DNA from: Macrostomum lignano | Taxonomy: Eukaryota | Assembly: GCA_002269645.1 (NCBI GenBank) | Contig: NIVC01000019.1 | Span: 1,116,001-1,180,000, forward strand | Length of the DNA: 64,000 nucleotides | Direction of reading: 5' to 3' | Shown here: piece after piece, positions 37,972 to 50,454 of the stretch | How positions within the stretch are numbered: the first letter of the stretch is position 1 | Layout: each line of letters opens with the position of its first letter | Program-made: the position numbers and the translations under genes | Notes under the pieces: generated by a model | Told to the model about the DNA's origin: nothing | The model's database searches: none | The model's input: the letters and a program-made list of their open reading frames with translations, nothing else

Positions 37972-39910
37972 CTAAGCAGCTTTCCCGCCAAAGTTATTTT
38001 CTGAAGCCGCAACGTCGTCCGCCGTGCCGCTCTCCGGTTCCACCCTGGCCGTGCGCGGTCTGTCGGCCTGCCGGTCCTTCGAGTCGCCCTTGCCGACGCC
38101 GAGCCTCGCTAAATCGACGATGAGCTCGATGAGCTCGCACACGGTGAGCAGCGACATGCCCAGGTAGATGCCCAAGATGCCGCCTACGTCGGCAATGAAG
38201 TTCTCAAGGCCGTAGTCGACGGCGTAGATGAGGCGGTCGCACTGCACTCGGCTCGGCCGGATCTGCAGCTTCAGCAGGTTGGATCGCACGTAGGCGGCCG
38301 CGTCTGCACTGCTGGCGTTGCTGACCAGAAAGTCGAGCGCGGGAACCGAGAGACCCCGGCCGACGGCCGAGGCTCTGGCAGCAGCCACGGTGGTCCCCAG
38401 GTAGGTGCTGAGCGATGATGGAGCGGGCCAGTCGGCGCTGGAGATGGTCGCGTCATACTGCAGCAGTTTGCAGCGGTCGCGACCCCGGCAGGCTTCCAGG
38501 GTCTCCTGCAGCCTTCGAAATGAATTGGAAAACCATGTAGATCCATGAAAGTTGCATACTGGTAATTTTTCAAGTCAAGAAGGAAACAATAATTACTCTA
38601 TTTCGTCTGCCACATCCGTAGAATTTACACTGCAGTCCATCTGAAGCTCCGTCACTTCTTCCGCAGGTCCAGAAAAGTTCAAGTAACTCTTTTTACCCCT
38701 TAAAGGCCACGGGAGCGGCGAGGTCGGGCCCGAATAGTTTCTCAACTGATCCTGCCAACGCTTGTGATACTCATAGTAGTAGCAGTAGGAGAAGCTGTAC
38801 TCGTGCGTGTACGGTGCCTCATCGTAACTATTCAGAAATTGTACGGATGGATGGTCATCGATGCATTCTGAGTCTTCTTTTTTGAAAGATTGCTCAGTCA
38901 ATGACAACTGCATCTAAAAGTAAAGCCAGAACTCATTCATTTTTTGGGCTGTATATTCTCAGTTGAAATGTAATGCACTTTACCAAATGAAATTTTCCAG
39001 GAGCGAACAGGTAGGACTTGGCGAAGTCGGTCGGGTACTCGCCGGGAGGAGTCAGGAAGACTCTCAATCCGGAGGTTCTGTCCGGCTGACTCTGTTCCGA
39101 TGCAAAGAAGTTCCAATCGGACAGGTGCACAGGGCTCCAGTGTGTTGGATCTTCTGAGTCCATTGGAGCCTCCGAGTAAACTCTGGAATCTACTGTGCGG
39201 CCGCTGACCGAAACAAGCGACGTGTTGCCATCGAGCAGCAGCGACAGCTCGAGACCGGCCGAGGTGCCGCTCCGCAGCAGCTTCTCTTGAGTCGACGGCT
39301 CGAGTCTCCAGTGGAAGCAGCGCAGGTAATTCGGGTGGTAGAAACTGCTGAAGTTGACGCTCTCGGATTTCGGTATTCCCCGGTAATTTGTGAAGAGAAT
39401 CTGACTGGACATGACTGACTGCTCAGATCGGTGCGCCAGTGCGTCAACAAGCAGCCGGTACGGCAGAGACCCTGGCAGGAACAAGCTGATGCTTTTTCTG
39501 AACTTCGCTAGAGGACTTCTAGACATATGGTTTGTCCCTGTAATCAGGTCTTTCTGAAGAAGTTTCTGGTAGCACAAATCGAAATTGGCCTGCGTGTCGT
39601 TCAGCCTCGCCTCCAACTCCCTGGCAGTGTCTGCGCTCAGGCTCGCCGCTTAGGTGCCCGACACCGGACTCTCGAAGCACGCGTACACGTCAGGAAACTG
39701 GAAGCGCACCGAGCTGGCCTCCAGAGACGAGCTCACCTGCCTGCTCTGCAGCTTGCTCACGAATCCGACAAGACCGCGCACGAACAGACAGAGAAAGAGC
39801 AGGAAGACCAGCAGCCAGGCCACTCTCACGTAGACGGGCTTGTCGCTGGTGGCAGCCCGGGGCAGTCCGTGGGCGGACGAATTTTGACAGGCTATCCTAA
39901 ACTGCAGCAT
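37972..39910 (-). pseudogene. DEG/ENaC subunit copy 2 with a single nonsense codon (TAC to TAA, codon 87); exons 39910..38984, 38913..38597, 38512..37972
   Basis: ORFs 39650..39910 and 38933..39616 are in frame across TAA at 39650..39652, where copy 1 has TAC; same intron positions and phases as copy 1 (70 and 84 nt). Confidence 0.85.
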
Positions 39911-40625
39911 TTGCTGGTATTTCGGATAGAGTTCTAACCCTACAGCTCCCTTTGTTGGATCGATTGCTGAGGTTTTTAGGCTGAGATCGATGATTGTTTG
40001 TCAGGTGAAATTAATTAAATGCTCCGTTTTTTGTGATTAATTTCGGTCAGTTTGTCTTGGCTAAATATTGCCTGATGCATTAGTTGCTCAAATAGTCAGT
40101 CAGAATCGAAGTTGCTGATTGCTACTCATTCTGTCCAATGTATATACGAGCGACTCCCAGATGCAGTCGGTTTGGGCCGGGAGCTAAAATGCAAACATTT
40201 CGGGCTCCGTATCGGTGATTGATAATAGGAATTTACACGTTACTACCCTCGTACTTTAAGCCATCAAACTATTTACTTTCGAGAGGTAGCACCTCCAAAT
40301 ATAGTCAAATATCAAAGCCGTATGCTCATGATGCCCCATAATTTTCTCGGCTGACTAACCCCCTCGGGGATCATGATTCATACACTCAGCAACATCGAAA
40401 ATTCGCTATCACAGAAGATTCCGCCTGTGCATGATCGCCACTTTTCAGAGTGCTGGTAAAGTCTCTCAATCTTTGCGAGCGACGCAACTCAGCTACGCCA
40501 CGGCAGACTTGAGTTGAGGAATGAAGTGGGGGGGGGGCTGTGTCCGAGGGTTGGACGGATTAAAGCTACCCCGATCAGTTTTCTCGTATCTTTAATTTCA
40601 GACTTTATTTAAGTCAGAAATTGGT

Positions 40626-40639
40626 CTGAAGTCTGAAGT
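40626..40639 (+). promoter_or_regulatory. CTGAAGTCTGAAGT motif followed by two CCAAT boxes, upstream of GT32 B
   Basis: Identical to the motif at 36682..36695; CCAAT at 40657 and 40665. Confidence 0.3.
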
Positions 40640-41232
40640 TATTTTAATTTTGCCAACCAATCAACCAATAGCTAAAGTCAAGCGGTCGAGTTCTGTAATA
40701 CGTTGGCCACAGCGGTGGTCAAGTGTCTTATGAAGATCGTGGATAAAAAATAAAGCAATGGATTGTTTGTCTGTCTCCAACTTAGGTGGAGACAAATTCG
40801 CCTCGTGAAACCTCCGTCCTGGCTGTGGCTGCTGTCTGCAGCTGACTTGCTGTCTATTCATGGCAAGAACGACATGGGATTTCGCGAAGCTGCCACTGGG
40901 GAGCGCCCCATCATCTGCTCAATGTAACCAGACAGTCAAGTCTACAAAGACCCTCGTTTTCTCCCATTACGCGTTTTCAATGCTTTGTAAATCAAGTCGC
41001 ACGAGTTTTAATAGTTTTTGACTTAAATTTTGTTTGTTAATTATCCTACTACGAGTAGCAGCATATAGTGTCAATGCGAGAAGCGAAATGTCTGAAAAGC
41101 GAGAACAAACTTTATTGGCTGTTGCTGATTGGTAGATGAATCAAAATATTACAATTCCCATTGAGGATGTCAGTGTCATGAGGAAATAGCATTTTTGATA
41201 GCAATCCACTAACACCGATACAGGAACCCGCG

Positions 41233-44200
41233 ATGCTGGTTACTTGTCATCCGCGAAATTTGCTTGCAAAACTTTCTGCACTGTCTGTTGCAGTAATTCT
41301 GGTGAGTCAAGAAGCGCTAAGTATCAGCTATTCAACACTCGTCCCGCAAACAACGATGAGGCAATTCTGCCCCATTCCACCGACTCCTGAACTCCCCCCT
41401 TCCCCCAGATATTTCTGACCTGGCAACTATCCAGCGAATTCGATCAGGACGAACCTGGAGATGAAGCAGGTAGCGTCACTGCCGCCAGTAGGCGGTTGCG
41501 GCCGTTGCCGCTGCCGGCAATTCTGCATCAGACGTTCGCCACCGAGCTGGTGCCCAGCGAATACGCGCCCCTGATAGCCAACTGCCTCAGACTGAACCCT
41601 GGCTGGCAGTACTACCTATGGCGCGAGCCCGACATGTACGCCTTCGTGCTGGACCAGTTCCCGCAGTTTGCGGCCAGGTACCGCAGCCTGAGCAGTGGGC
41701 TGCAGAGGGCCGATGTCATCAGATACATGGCGCTGTACCACTATGGAGGTCAGTCAGCAGAGTAAATTTTATTTGACTCTCCAATAAACCCGACTACTAT
41801 AAGTGGGACGCGAGCAAATTTGCGCTGAAATTTCAATCGAACCATCCCAAACCCAGACCCAGAAATCTCTCTGCTTGCTCACGGCTTTGGACTCCGGATT
41901 GCAACACCTCACTGCCTGCTGGACACGCATAGCCTCCCCAGGAATCCCTATGACCTTTTCAGGAGTGTCAGCGTTTACCCATGAATATCAAAGCCCGTCT
42001 CCAAAACTGGAGAAAACTACACAGGAATCTCATTACCTCCCCGAGAATCTCACGGGAATTTTACAACTACAGTCTCCCCTAGAAATCCAATAGTCTCCCC
42101 CAGGAATCCAATAGTCTCCCCCAGGAATCCAATAGTCTTCTCCCAGGAATCCAATAGTCTCCCCCAGGAATCCAATACTCTCCCCCAGGAATCCAATAGT
42201 CTCTCTCCCCTTGGAAGCCTATAGTGACCCCAAGAATCCCATAGTCACCCCAAGAATCCCATAGTCACCCCAAGAATCCCATAGTCACCCCAAGAATCCC
42301 AGAGTCACCCCAAGAATCCCATAGTGACCCCAAGAATCCCATAGTTGACCCCAAGAATCCCATTGTCACCCCAAGAATTCCATAATCTCCCCCCCAAGAA
42401 TCCCATAGTCACCCCAAGATTCCCCAAAATGACCCCAAGAATCCCATAGTGACCCCAAGAATCCCATTGTCACCCCAAGAATTCCATAATCTCCCCCAAG
42501 AATCCCATAGTCACCCCAAGAATCCCATAGTCATCCCAAAAATCCGATAGTGACCCCAAGAATCCCATTGTCACCCCAAGAATTCCATAATCTCCCCCAA
42601 GAATCCCATAGTCACCCCAAGAATCCCATTGTCACCCCAAGAATTCCATAATCTCCCCCAAAAATCCCATAGTGACCCCAAGAATCCCATTGTCACCTCA
42701 AGAATCGCCAAAATGACCCTAAGAATCCCATAGTCACCCCAAGATTCCCCAAAATGACCCTAAGAATCCCATAGTGACCCCAAGAATCCCATTGTCACCC
42801 CAAGAATTCCATAATCTCCCCCAAGAATCCCATAGTCACCCCAAGAATTCCATAATCTCCACCAAGAATCCCATAGTCACCCCAAGATTCCCCAAAATGA
42901 CCCTAAGAATCCCATAGTCACCTCAAGAATCCCCAAAATGACCCTAAGAATCCCATAGTCTCCCTAGAACCTACAGAACACCTCAAGAATGCCACCACCT
43001 CGCGCCCGACCCCAGCAGGCATCTACATGGACATGGACGTGCAGTGCGTCAGGCCGTTCTTCCCCGCCCTGGCCTCGGCCGGGCCGGCATTCCTGGACCA
43101 GGAGCGCCGGGAGCAGGCGCGAATTCTCTACAATCGCGAGTTCAGCGCGATGAACAGCGCAATGGGCGCCGCGCCGAGGCATCCATTCTTCCTAGCCGTG
43201 CTGTCCGCCATGGACTCCACGGCTGGTCACGTGGTTACCGGTCCCGACCTGCTCACCAGCGTGTACTCCGCTTGGATTCGCACTAACGGCAATCGAACCG
43301 GGGAAGACGCGGTGAACTTGCTGGAGCCGGAAGTGTTCAGCCCGATGATGGACACGCGATGGCAGGATTTTCCGAGGCTGTGCCGCCGGGCCAAGCTGGG
43401 TGAGAACGCAGTGTGCATTACAGTTGTGCTCGGTGAACTTTGCGGCTCAGATGGTTAAGATCTTGCGGCATAAGGGTGGACTTGTGGTAGCTAGAGTGGG
43501 GTGGTTAATTAACTACGAGTATAATAGCCTGAAGGTTGATTAACGTAGTTTTAAATAGTTCGTAAATAAAAAAACGTTACTTGACGCTACTTGACGAGTT
43601 ACTTTTACGAAGGGTAAATATACATTAATTTACCAGTCTGTTAACCGAAATTAACCAACCAAAAGTTACTGTTCGTGAAATTACTTTCCAAGATAAACCG
43701 TCCTTTTCAACGGGTGGGTGTAGTGTGCGGTACATCAACTTTCACTGTTGCTTCCAACAGGCTTAGATCGAATTTACCCAAGAATCCACCCAAGGTCAAC
43801 TAAAGCAACATATATACAGGACACGACACTCACGTTTCATGGAAGAAGTTTTGAAGGCCACTTTTCGCCGAAAAATGCACTACGGAGATAGGAAGTTTTC
43901 ATTTCTCAGCACAAAGAATTGTTATTGCTTTCGATAGGACGCAGACCCAATGTTCATCTTTTGATATGTTGTGCAATTTTGATAATAGCTACTCGTATAT
44001 TGATATTCAATTGTACGTAGAATCAAAAATTAACATAAAATCCTAATTTTCTGAACGAAAAGCTTTATGAATATCATTAAAGCTATAAGAAAGGCACGGC
44101 ATATCAAAAGATGAAGACTGGATTTGCCTCCTATCAAAAGCCATGACAATTTTTGTGCTGAAAAAATGAAAACTTCCTATCTCCGTAGTGCATTTTTCGG

Positions 44201-44656
44201 CGAAAAGTGGCCTTCAAAAATTTTACATAGATTTCGAGTGTTGCGTCCTTCTACTACTTAAGTAGGCCTTGAATCCACCAAAGTCTAGAAGAAATCTAGA
44301 ATTTAGAATCTAGAATTTCGGGAATCGAACCGATTGGAGAGAAATATTAAAGTGACACTCTATTGATGAATCAACCATGGATTGGTGATGGACTCTTGCA
44401 CAACCCCATGACAGACTCGCCCGACCAGAGCTGGCGTCGGGAGGCATGTCAGGCGATTCACTCGAACCGGTGGCAGCCGGACAGCGGCATCAGCAACCAG
44501 ACTGTCGGCAGGCACCTGTTCCTGCACCTGGCCTATCCGTGGGGACAGAAGTCCACTGGCGCAAGGGTGAACATTGTCAAGGCGCATCCGCAAGTGCAGC
44601 TGTACCAACTGGACAGAATGAAGAGCGCTGTAGGCAGCAAGCCAGACGAAAGCTGA
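41233..44656 (+). CDS. GT32 (DXD sugar-binding) glycosyltransferase B, type II membrane; exons 41233..41301, 41409..41748, 43019..43399, 44415..44656
   Basis: Signal anchor ..ALSVAVIL|IFLTW; LPAILHQTF, LNPGWQYYLW, QRADVIRYMALYHYGG|IYMDMDV (DXD), PRHPFF, VTGPDLLT; GT-AG junctions phase-compatible (0, 1, 1); last exon less certain. Confidence 0.85.
42085..42962. repeat. 20-21-bp intronic minisatellite
   Basis: Unit CCCAAGAATCCCATAGTCAC fills GT32 B intron 2. Confidence 0.93.
43818..44249. mobile_element. MITE / foldback element
   Basis: Perfect 56-bp inverted repeat (43849..43904 versus 44164..44219), imperfect complementarity extending inward and outward; AT-rich non-coding centre; no clear TSD. 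Confidence 0.85.
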
Positions 44657-45099
44657 TCCCACACTTGGTACTGCATGGATCCATTCTTACTTTTTGTAAC
44701 AACAGGTTAAATGGAAACCCTATATGTAGTTCCTATTGTTTCCCGTCCGTGAACAACTTCCAAGGGAGATCACCCAAAAGGATCAATGAGGTTTGTGAAA
44801 CACATTTCCATACTAATCCACAGGAGTCTCAAGCGTCCTAATCGTATCAATTTACCTATTGTCCTTAATTAACTCGTATGTATAAAGGTGCAAGCTTTCT
44901 CACAGGCACCCAGCCTGACTGCAGGCTTTATGACCTGCTGAGCTAAGCAAAGAGCAAATCCTCCTTTTAATTTGGTGTTGAATTCTTCAGCTTTATACTA
45001 GAAATCACTAGAATGTCTTATTGATGCGCAACGATGTACGAGTTTCTTGATTTTTAAGTACGCTTATTTTTAATAGGACTAGTGCTGCTCCACTCAGCT

Positions 45100-45345
45100 T
45101 GAGATGGAATCTGAGAGGAAATCACGGATGTCTAGGAGAGCTGAGATGGGATCTGAGAGGAGATCACGGATGTCTTAGAGAGCTGAGATGGGAGCTGGGA
45201 GATCCCGGATGTCCCAGTGAGCTGAGATGGGATCTGAGAGGAGATCCCGGATGTCCCAGTGAGCTGAGATGGGATCTGAGAGGAGATCCCGGATGTCTAA
45301 GAGAGCTGAGATGGGATCTGAGAGGAGATCACGGATGTCCCAGTA
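45100..45345. repeat. 42-bp minisatellite (same family as 47965..48685)
   Basis: Unit GAGCTGAGATGGGATCTGAGAGGAGATCACGGATGTCTTAGA. Confidence 0.92.
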
Positions 45346-45924
45346 AGCTTAAGCCGGTATACAGCACTAGTTACAGACAATATTCAGAGAAACGTGTTAC
45401 AAAAGCTATCTTCGAAATGTCAGAGTGAAACAAAACGATGACAGAGGCAATTATAAATACGAGCGTAGAAAATTGCTTTAATTAAAGATGACGAATATAT
45501 TTATAGTTTCAGAATTGCATATTACGAACGAACTAACCAATAGGATGCTGACGCAGTGCAGACTAAAGGAAAGCAGACAACAGAATAAATCAGTAATTAA
45601 GCTTTTCAAGTCTAATATGCTAATTATAGCTATTCTTATATCGATAGAACTAAGAGAGTAAAACACAAAAGACAGAACACATTTTATAGATTTATTAGAT
45701 TATAGATTATAGATTTTAATAGATTTATTTAAGCATTTCCCCGTATAAAACTGGGACAGGTCGCATTCTGACTAATGTGACCGTCAAATAAACGGTCACT
45801 AATACACTAATACCCAAGTTGTTCGTTTTTGACTTTTTTTATTAAAATCAACCTGACACAAGGATAACAATGATGGGATTTTTATCTTTATGGACCCTTT
45901 TTGTGACTGGCACATTTGAGGGTC

Positions 45925-46345
45925 ACATTATTAACTGACGGTCACACTTGACGGGTCACATTATTAACTGACGGTCACACTTGACAGGTCACATTATTAA
46001 CTGACGGTCACACTTGACAGGTCACATTATTAACTGACGGTCACACTTGACAGGTCACAATGTACAGGTATTAACTGACGGTCACATTATTAACTGACGG
46101 TCACACTTGACGGGTCACATTATTAACTGACGGTCACACTTGATGGGTCACATTATTAACTGACGGTCACACTTGATGGGTCACATTATTAACTGACGGT
46201 CACACTTGACGGGTCACATTATTAACTGACGGTCACACTTGACGGGTCACATTATTAACTGACGGTCACACTTGACGGGTCACATTATTAACTGACGGTC
46301 ACACTTGACGGGTCACATTATTAACTGACGGTCACACTTGACGGT
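45925..46345. repeat. 33-bp minisatellite
   Basis: Unit GACGGGTCACATTATTAACTGACGGTCACACTT; period 46208 to 46241. Confidence 0.94.
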
Positions 46346-46659
46346 CAAAAGTGTGACAGGCAGTGACGCATTTTTGACGGTCGCAAAATCGCGATCGTTC
46401 CACTTTTATACGGGTTTAATTTCGAATGATTTCGCATTTCAAGTTTAGTCAGCGATAGGAATAGAAATTGTTAACGTGGACAAACAAACTAACAGGCATT
46501 TTTGATCGCCAACTGAAACAATTTTCACCGATTGGCACACACTGCTTAGCGGATGCGATAAACCGGCCACAAGATTAATTTCAATACGATGAAAACAGAT
46601 AAGAAACACCTGCTGACCAGAGGCAGACCTACTCCGCACTACCCACCCTGCTCAAACTG

Positions 46660-47792
46660 TCACAGCTCGCCTGGCATCTTCGAGCTGAACATCTCGCTGT
46701 CCTTGCGCTCAATGTCCAGCAGTTCGACTTCGAATACGAGGGCCGAGTTGCCGGGGATCTTTGGCGGCGAGCCGCTCTCGCCGTAGCCGAGGTGAGCCGG
46801 GATCACCAGGCGGCGCTTCTCGCCCTTGCACATGCCGATCAGGCCCTGGTCCCAGCCCTTGATCACTGCGGGCCGCGGGGGCATTGAGTGGAGCGGTAAC
46901 TTGTGCTGGCCTTGTCTATTCCGCCATTGGGTGCGCTCTGCTGCACCCGCTCTACCGCAGATTTATTCACTCTACCACACACTCCACCCACTCTACCGCA
47001 CACTCCACCAACTCTACCGCACACTCCACCAACTCTACCGCACACTCCACCCACTCTACCGCTCACTCCACCCACATACTCCACCCACTCTACCGCACAC
47101 TCCACCCACTCTACCGCACATTCCACCCACTCTACCGCACACCCCAACCACTCTACTGCACACCCCAACCACTCTACCGCACACCCCAACCACTCTACCA
47201 CACACTCCACCTACTCTACCACACACTCCACCTATTGTACCACACACTCCACCTGCTCTACCACACTCCACCTACTCTACCACACACTCCACCCACTCTA
47301 CTGCACACTCCTCCCACTCTACCACCCACTTCACCCACTTTACCATACACTTCACCCATTCTACCAAACACTCCACCCACTCTACCGCACAGTCTACCCA
47401 CTCTACCACACACTCCACCAACTCTACTGCACTCTCCACCGACTCTACCCCCCAACTCCCACAGTTCACCCAACTCAGCCATACAACACACCTAACCTAC
47501 CGCACCACAGCCCCTTACCCTGTCCAACGCCCAGCGTGAACTTGAACGGCTGGTTCCGGTCCAGGCTGGAGTCGAACTTGCTTCCATCCGAGTACAGCGT
47601 TCCGGTGTAGTGCATGCTCAAAGTGTCGCCTTTGGCGGCTCTGGCGGTGCACTCCTCCGCAGGGACGCGCTTCTTGACGCCGATGCGCAACTCCTTGACT
47701 TCCTTCTTCGGGCCGTCGGCGAAGGCGACATCGGCCAGTAGGCAGCAACAGGCAAGGCCGACAACCAGGGCGAGGGCGAATTGGCGAGGCAT
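46660..47792 (-). CDS. FKBP2: ER peptidyl-prolyl isomerase FKBP2/FKBP13; exons 47792..47519 and 46865..46660
   Basis: Signal peptide, [38 protein letters not shown]|[33 protein letters not shown]; phase-1 intron. Confidence 0.93.
46960..47480. repeat. 21-bp C/A-rich intronic minisatellite
   Basis: Unit CCACTCTACCGCACACTCCAC fills the FKBP2 intron. Confidence 0.92.
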
Positions 47793-47964
47793 GGCTACAC
47801 GCAGGCAAATAAGCTGAAATGTTTGCGAATTCAAAGCTGATTTTGCATGCGGCTACAGGCTACTGAAAGTAGTCTAAAAAACGGGGCAAATGGAACGACA
47901 AAAATGACTATTCAGAGTTAACCCCTTATCCTGATGAAAACGGTACCCAGGCCAAGTGCCACAG

Positions 47965-48685
47965 AGTTGGGATGGGATCTGAGAGATCACGGATGTCTTA
48001 GGGAGCTTAAATGGGATCTGAGAGGAGATCACGGATGTCTTAAAGAGATGAGATGGGATCTGAGAGGAGATCACGGATGTCTTAGAGAGTTGAGATGGGA
48101 TCTGAGAGGAGATCCCGGATGTCCCAGGGGAGCTGAGATGGGATCTGAGAGGAGATCCCGGATGTCCCAGGGGAGCTGAGATGGGATCTGAGAGGAGATC
48201 ACGGATGTCTTAGAGAGCTGAGATGGGATCTGAGAGGAGATCACGGATGTCTTAGAGAGCTGAGATGGGATCTGAGAGGAGATCACGGATGTCTTAGAGA
48301 GATGAGATGGGATCTGAGAGGAGATCCCGGATGTCTAGGAGAGCTGAGATGGGATCTGAGAGGAGATCATGGATGTCTTAGAGAGCTGAGATGGGAGCTG
48401 AGAGGAGAACACGGATGTCTTAGAGAGATGAGATGGGAGCTGAGAGGAGAACACGGATGTCTTAGAGAGCTGAGATTGGAGCTGAGAGGAGATCACGGAT
48501 GTCTTAGAGAGCTGAGATGAGATCCGAGAGGAGATCACGGATGTCTTATAGAGATGAGATGAGATCCGAGAGGAGATCACGGATGTCTTAGAGAGCTGAG
48601 ACTGGATCTGAGAGATCACGGACGTCTAAGAGAAATGAGATTGAATCTGAGAGAACACGGATGTCCCAGTGAGTTAAGATGGGAT
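47965..48685. repeat. 42-bp minisatellite (same family and orientation as 45100..45345)
   Basis: Period 48181 to 48223. Confidence 0.94.
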
Positions 48686-49253
48686 CTAAGAGTTGTTTCA
48701 GAGTGGTTGCAGGTAACACAGGTAATAAATAGGAAAGAAGTGACAACTCTAGACGAATTTAAAACCACGAGATGTCGCCTAAGAGTCAACTAGAGGTCAA
48801 CTTGAGTCAATTTTGATTGTCTGCGACTCTGAAACCACTCTGTGGCCGTAGAGTCAGATCTGAAACTCATCTGCGTTGCTTTATGAACTTAGAAATGCAT
48901 TTCGCATTTATAAAAACTCTATTTAGTCTACTGAGTCAATAGAAAGACTTTTGGTAAACTTTTTAGCGACTCTGTTATGATACGACTCAGCGATTCACGT
49001 GATGCGCTCGTGACTCAACTCGTGAAACGGTTTAGACAGTTTCACTATTTTAACAGACAAATATAATGAAAATAAAGACTCAATGCGATGTGTATAAGCG
49101 TTCGCGTTATATTTGAGTAATAAGTGTATTTAATTAAAACGAACTAAACCAATTAAATATCAGGTACATAATCAAGTACAATCTGTGACGAGAAAGACAG
49201 GCATATACAGGTAATGAACAATCAACCGCTGTAGAGTGCATTTTAATTACAAG

Positions 49254-50436
49254 TTAAACGGTAACTCCGATGGTCCTTTTCTTGACAATGTAGGCGCAGG
49301 TGCTAAAGAAGAAGACAAAAGCCAGGAAGATCAGCACCTTGTCGGTGAAATCCCTGCGCGAGAGTCTGGTGAGCAGGCGCTTAGCGGTGCTAATATGCCC
49401 CGTCATCGATTTGAGCTCTTCGCCAGTTTCTGTGAGCTGCTCTGACGAGCGCAGCAGCCTGTTGGCGGTCTCCGAGCTGGCCTCTACCTGCTCGGCTAGC
49501 TGGTTGCTAAGCAACAGCAGCGACTGGGTCACGTGCGAGGCGGCGGCAGCGGCGGTCTCCTCGCGTTGGCGAACGCGGCGTCTGCGTGCAGGTCGTGAGG
49601 AGGGCTGAGGCCATGACTGTCGTGCACTACGATATATGATTCATGACCGCTACTGACAGCAATGATCGAAAGATGAAATCGTCAGGTTTATGACCCGCTA
49701 CTGACAGCAATGACCGATGGATAAAATTTTCAGGTTTATGACCCGCTACTGACAGCAATGACCGAAGGATGAATTGTCAGGTTCATGACACGCAACTGAC
49801 AGCAATGATCGAAGGATGAAATCGTCAGGTTTATGACCCGCTACTGACAGCAACGATCGAAGGATGAAATTGTCAGGTTCATGACACGCAACTGACAGCA
49901 ATGATCGAAGGATGAAATCGTCAGGTTTATGACCCGCTACTGACAGCAATGATGAGCAGACAAAATTGATGACTAAATCAGCATAAAGTTCGGCCTCGGA
50001 CACACAGAAATGCAAAAGTGAACATCGGCACGCACCTGGCAACGCCATCGTCGCCCTGAACTTCGCCTACGCCTCCGTCGGCGCCATCACTGCGCAGCAG
50101 GTCCACCCGCTCGGCCTCCTGCAGGGCCTGCTTGCGCTGCAGCGCCGCCTCGCGCATCGCCTCCTGGGACGCCTGCAGGCTGCGCTGGCAGTTGCGCGCC
50201 TCGCGTTCAACTCGAGCCCGTTCGGCGTCGCCCTCGACGGCGTCCAGCAGGCCGTCGAGTTGACGTAGCAGCCGGCGAATCTCGCGAAGGCACTCGCGAC
50301 CGACAGACTCCAGGCTGGCGAGGTCCCGCTGGCTGCGGCAGGCCTCCGGGCAGCGCAGGTCAGCGATGGCCTCCTTGAGGCGAGCGTCCTGACGGACCAG
50401 CTCCTCCAGCGTCTGCGACACTCGCGGGTTTCCGTC
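49254..50436 (-). CDS. BNIP1: SEC20/BNIP1 ER SNARE; exons 50436..50036 and 49581..49254; start codon not in these exons
   Basis: Coiled-coil N-terminus; SNARE-like VTQSLL..QVEASSET..L..TGEELKSMTGHISTAKRLLTRLSRRDFTDK; C-terminal TM VLIFLAFVFFFSTCAYIVKKR; phase-2 junction gccAG|gtgcgt..gcag|A. Confidence 0.85.
49640..49955. repeat. 47-48-bp intronic minisatellite
   Basis: Unit ACTGACAGCAATGATCGAAGGATGAAATCGTCAGGTTTATGACCCGCT. Confidence 0.9.
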
Positions 50437-50454
50437 CTGCAATTTGGGAAGGGC

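Noticed and set aside
24769-39652. Stop-codon reassignment explaining single in-frame stops in the transposase, GT32A and ENaC2
   Set aside because: The stops differ (TAG, TAG, TAA), and TAG and TAA terminate intact genes here (ENaC1 TAG, UGDH and SEC20 TAA); independent mutations or errors are simpler.
46660-46680. FKBP2 ends in PGEL rather than a typical ER-retrieval tetrapeptide
   Set aside because: KDEL-receptor ligands tolerate variation at the first two positions; too weak to call unusual.
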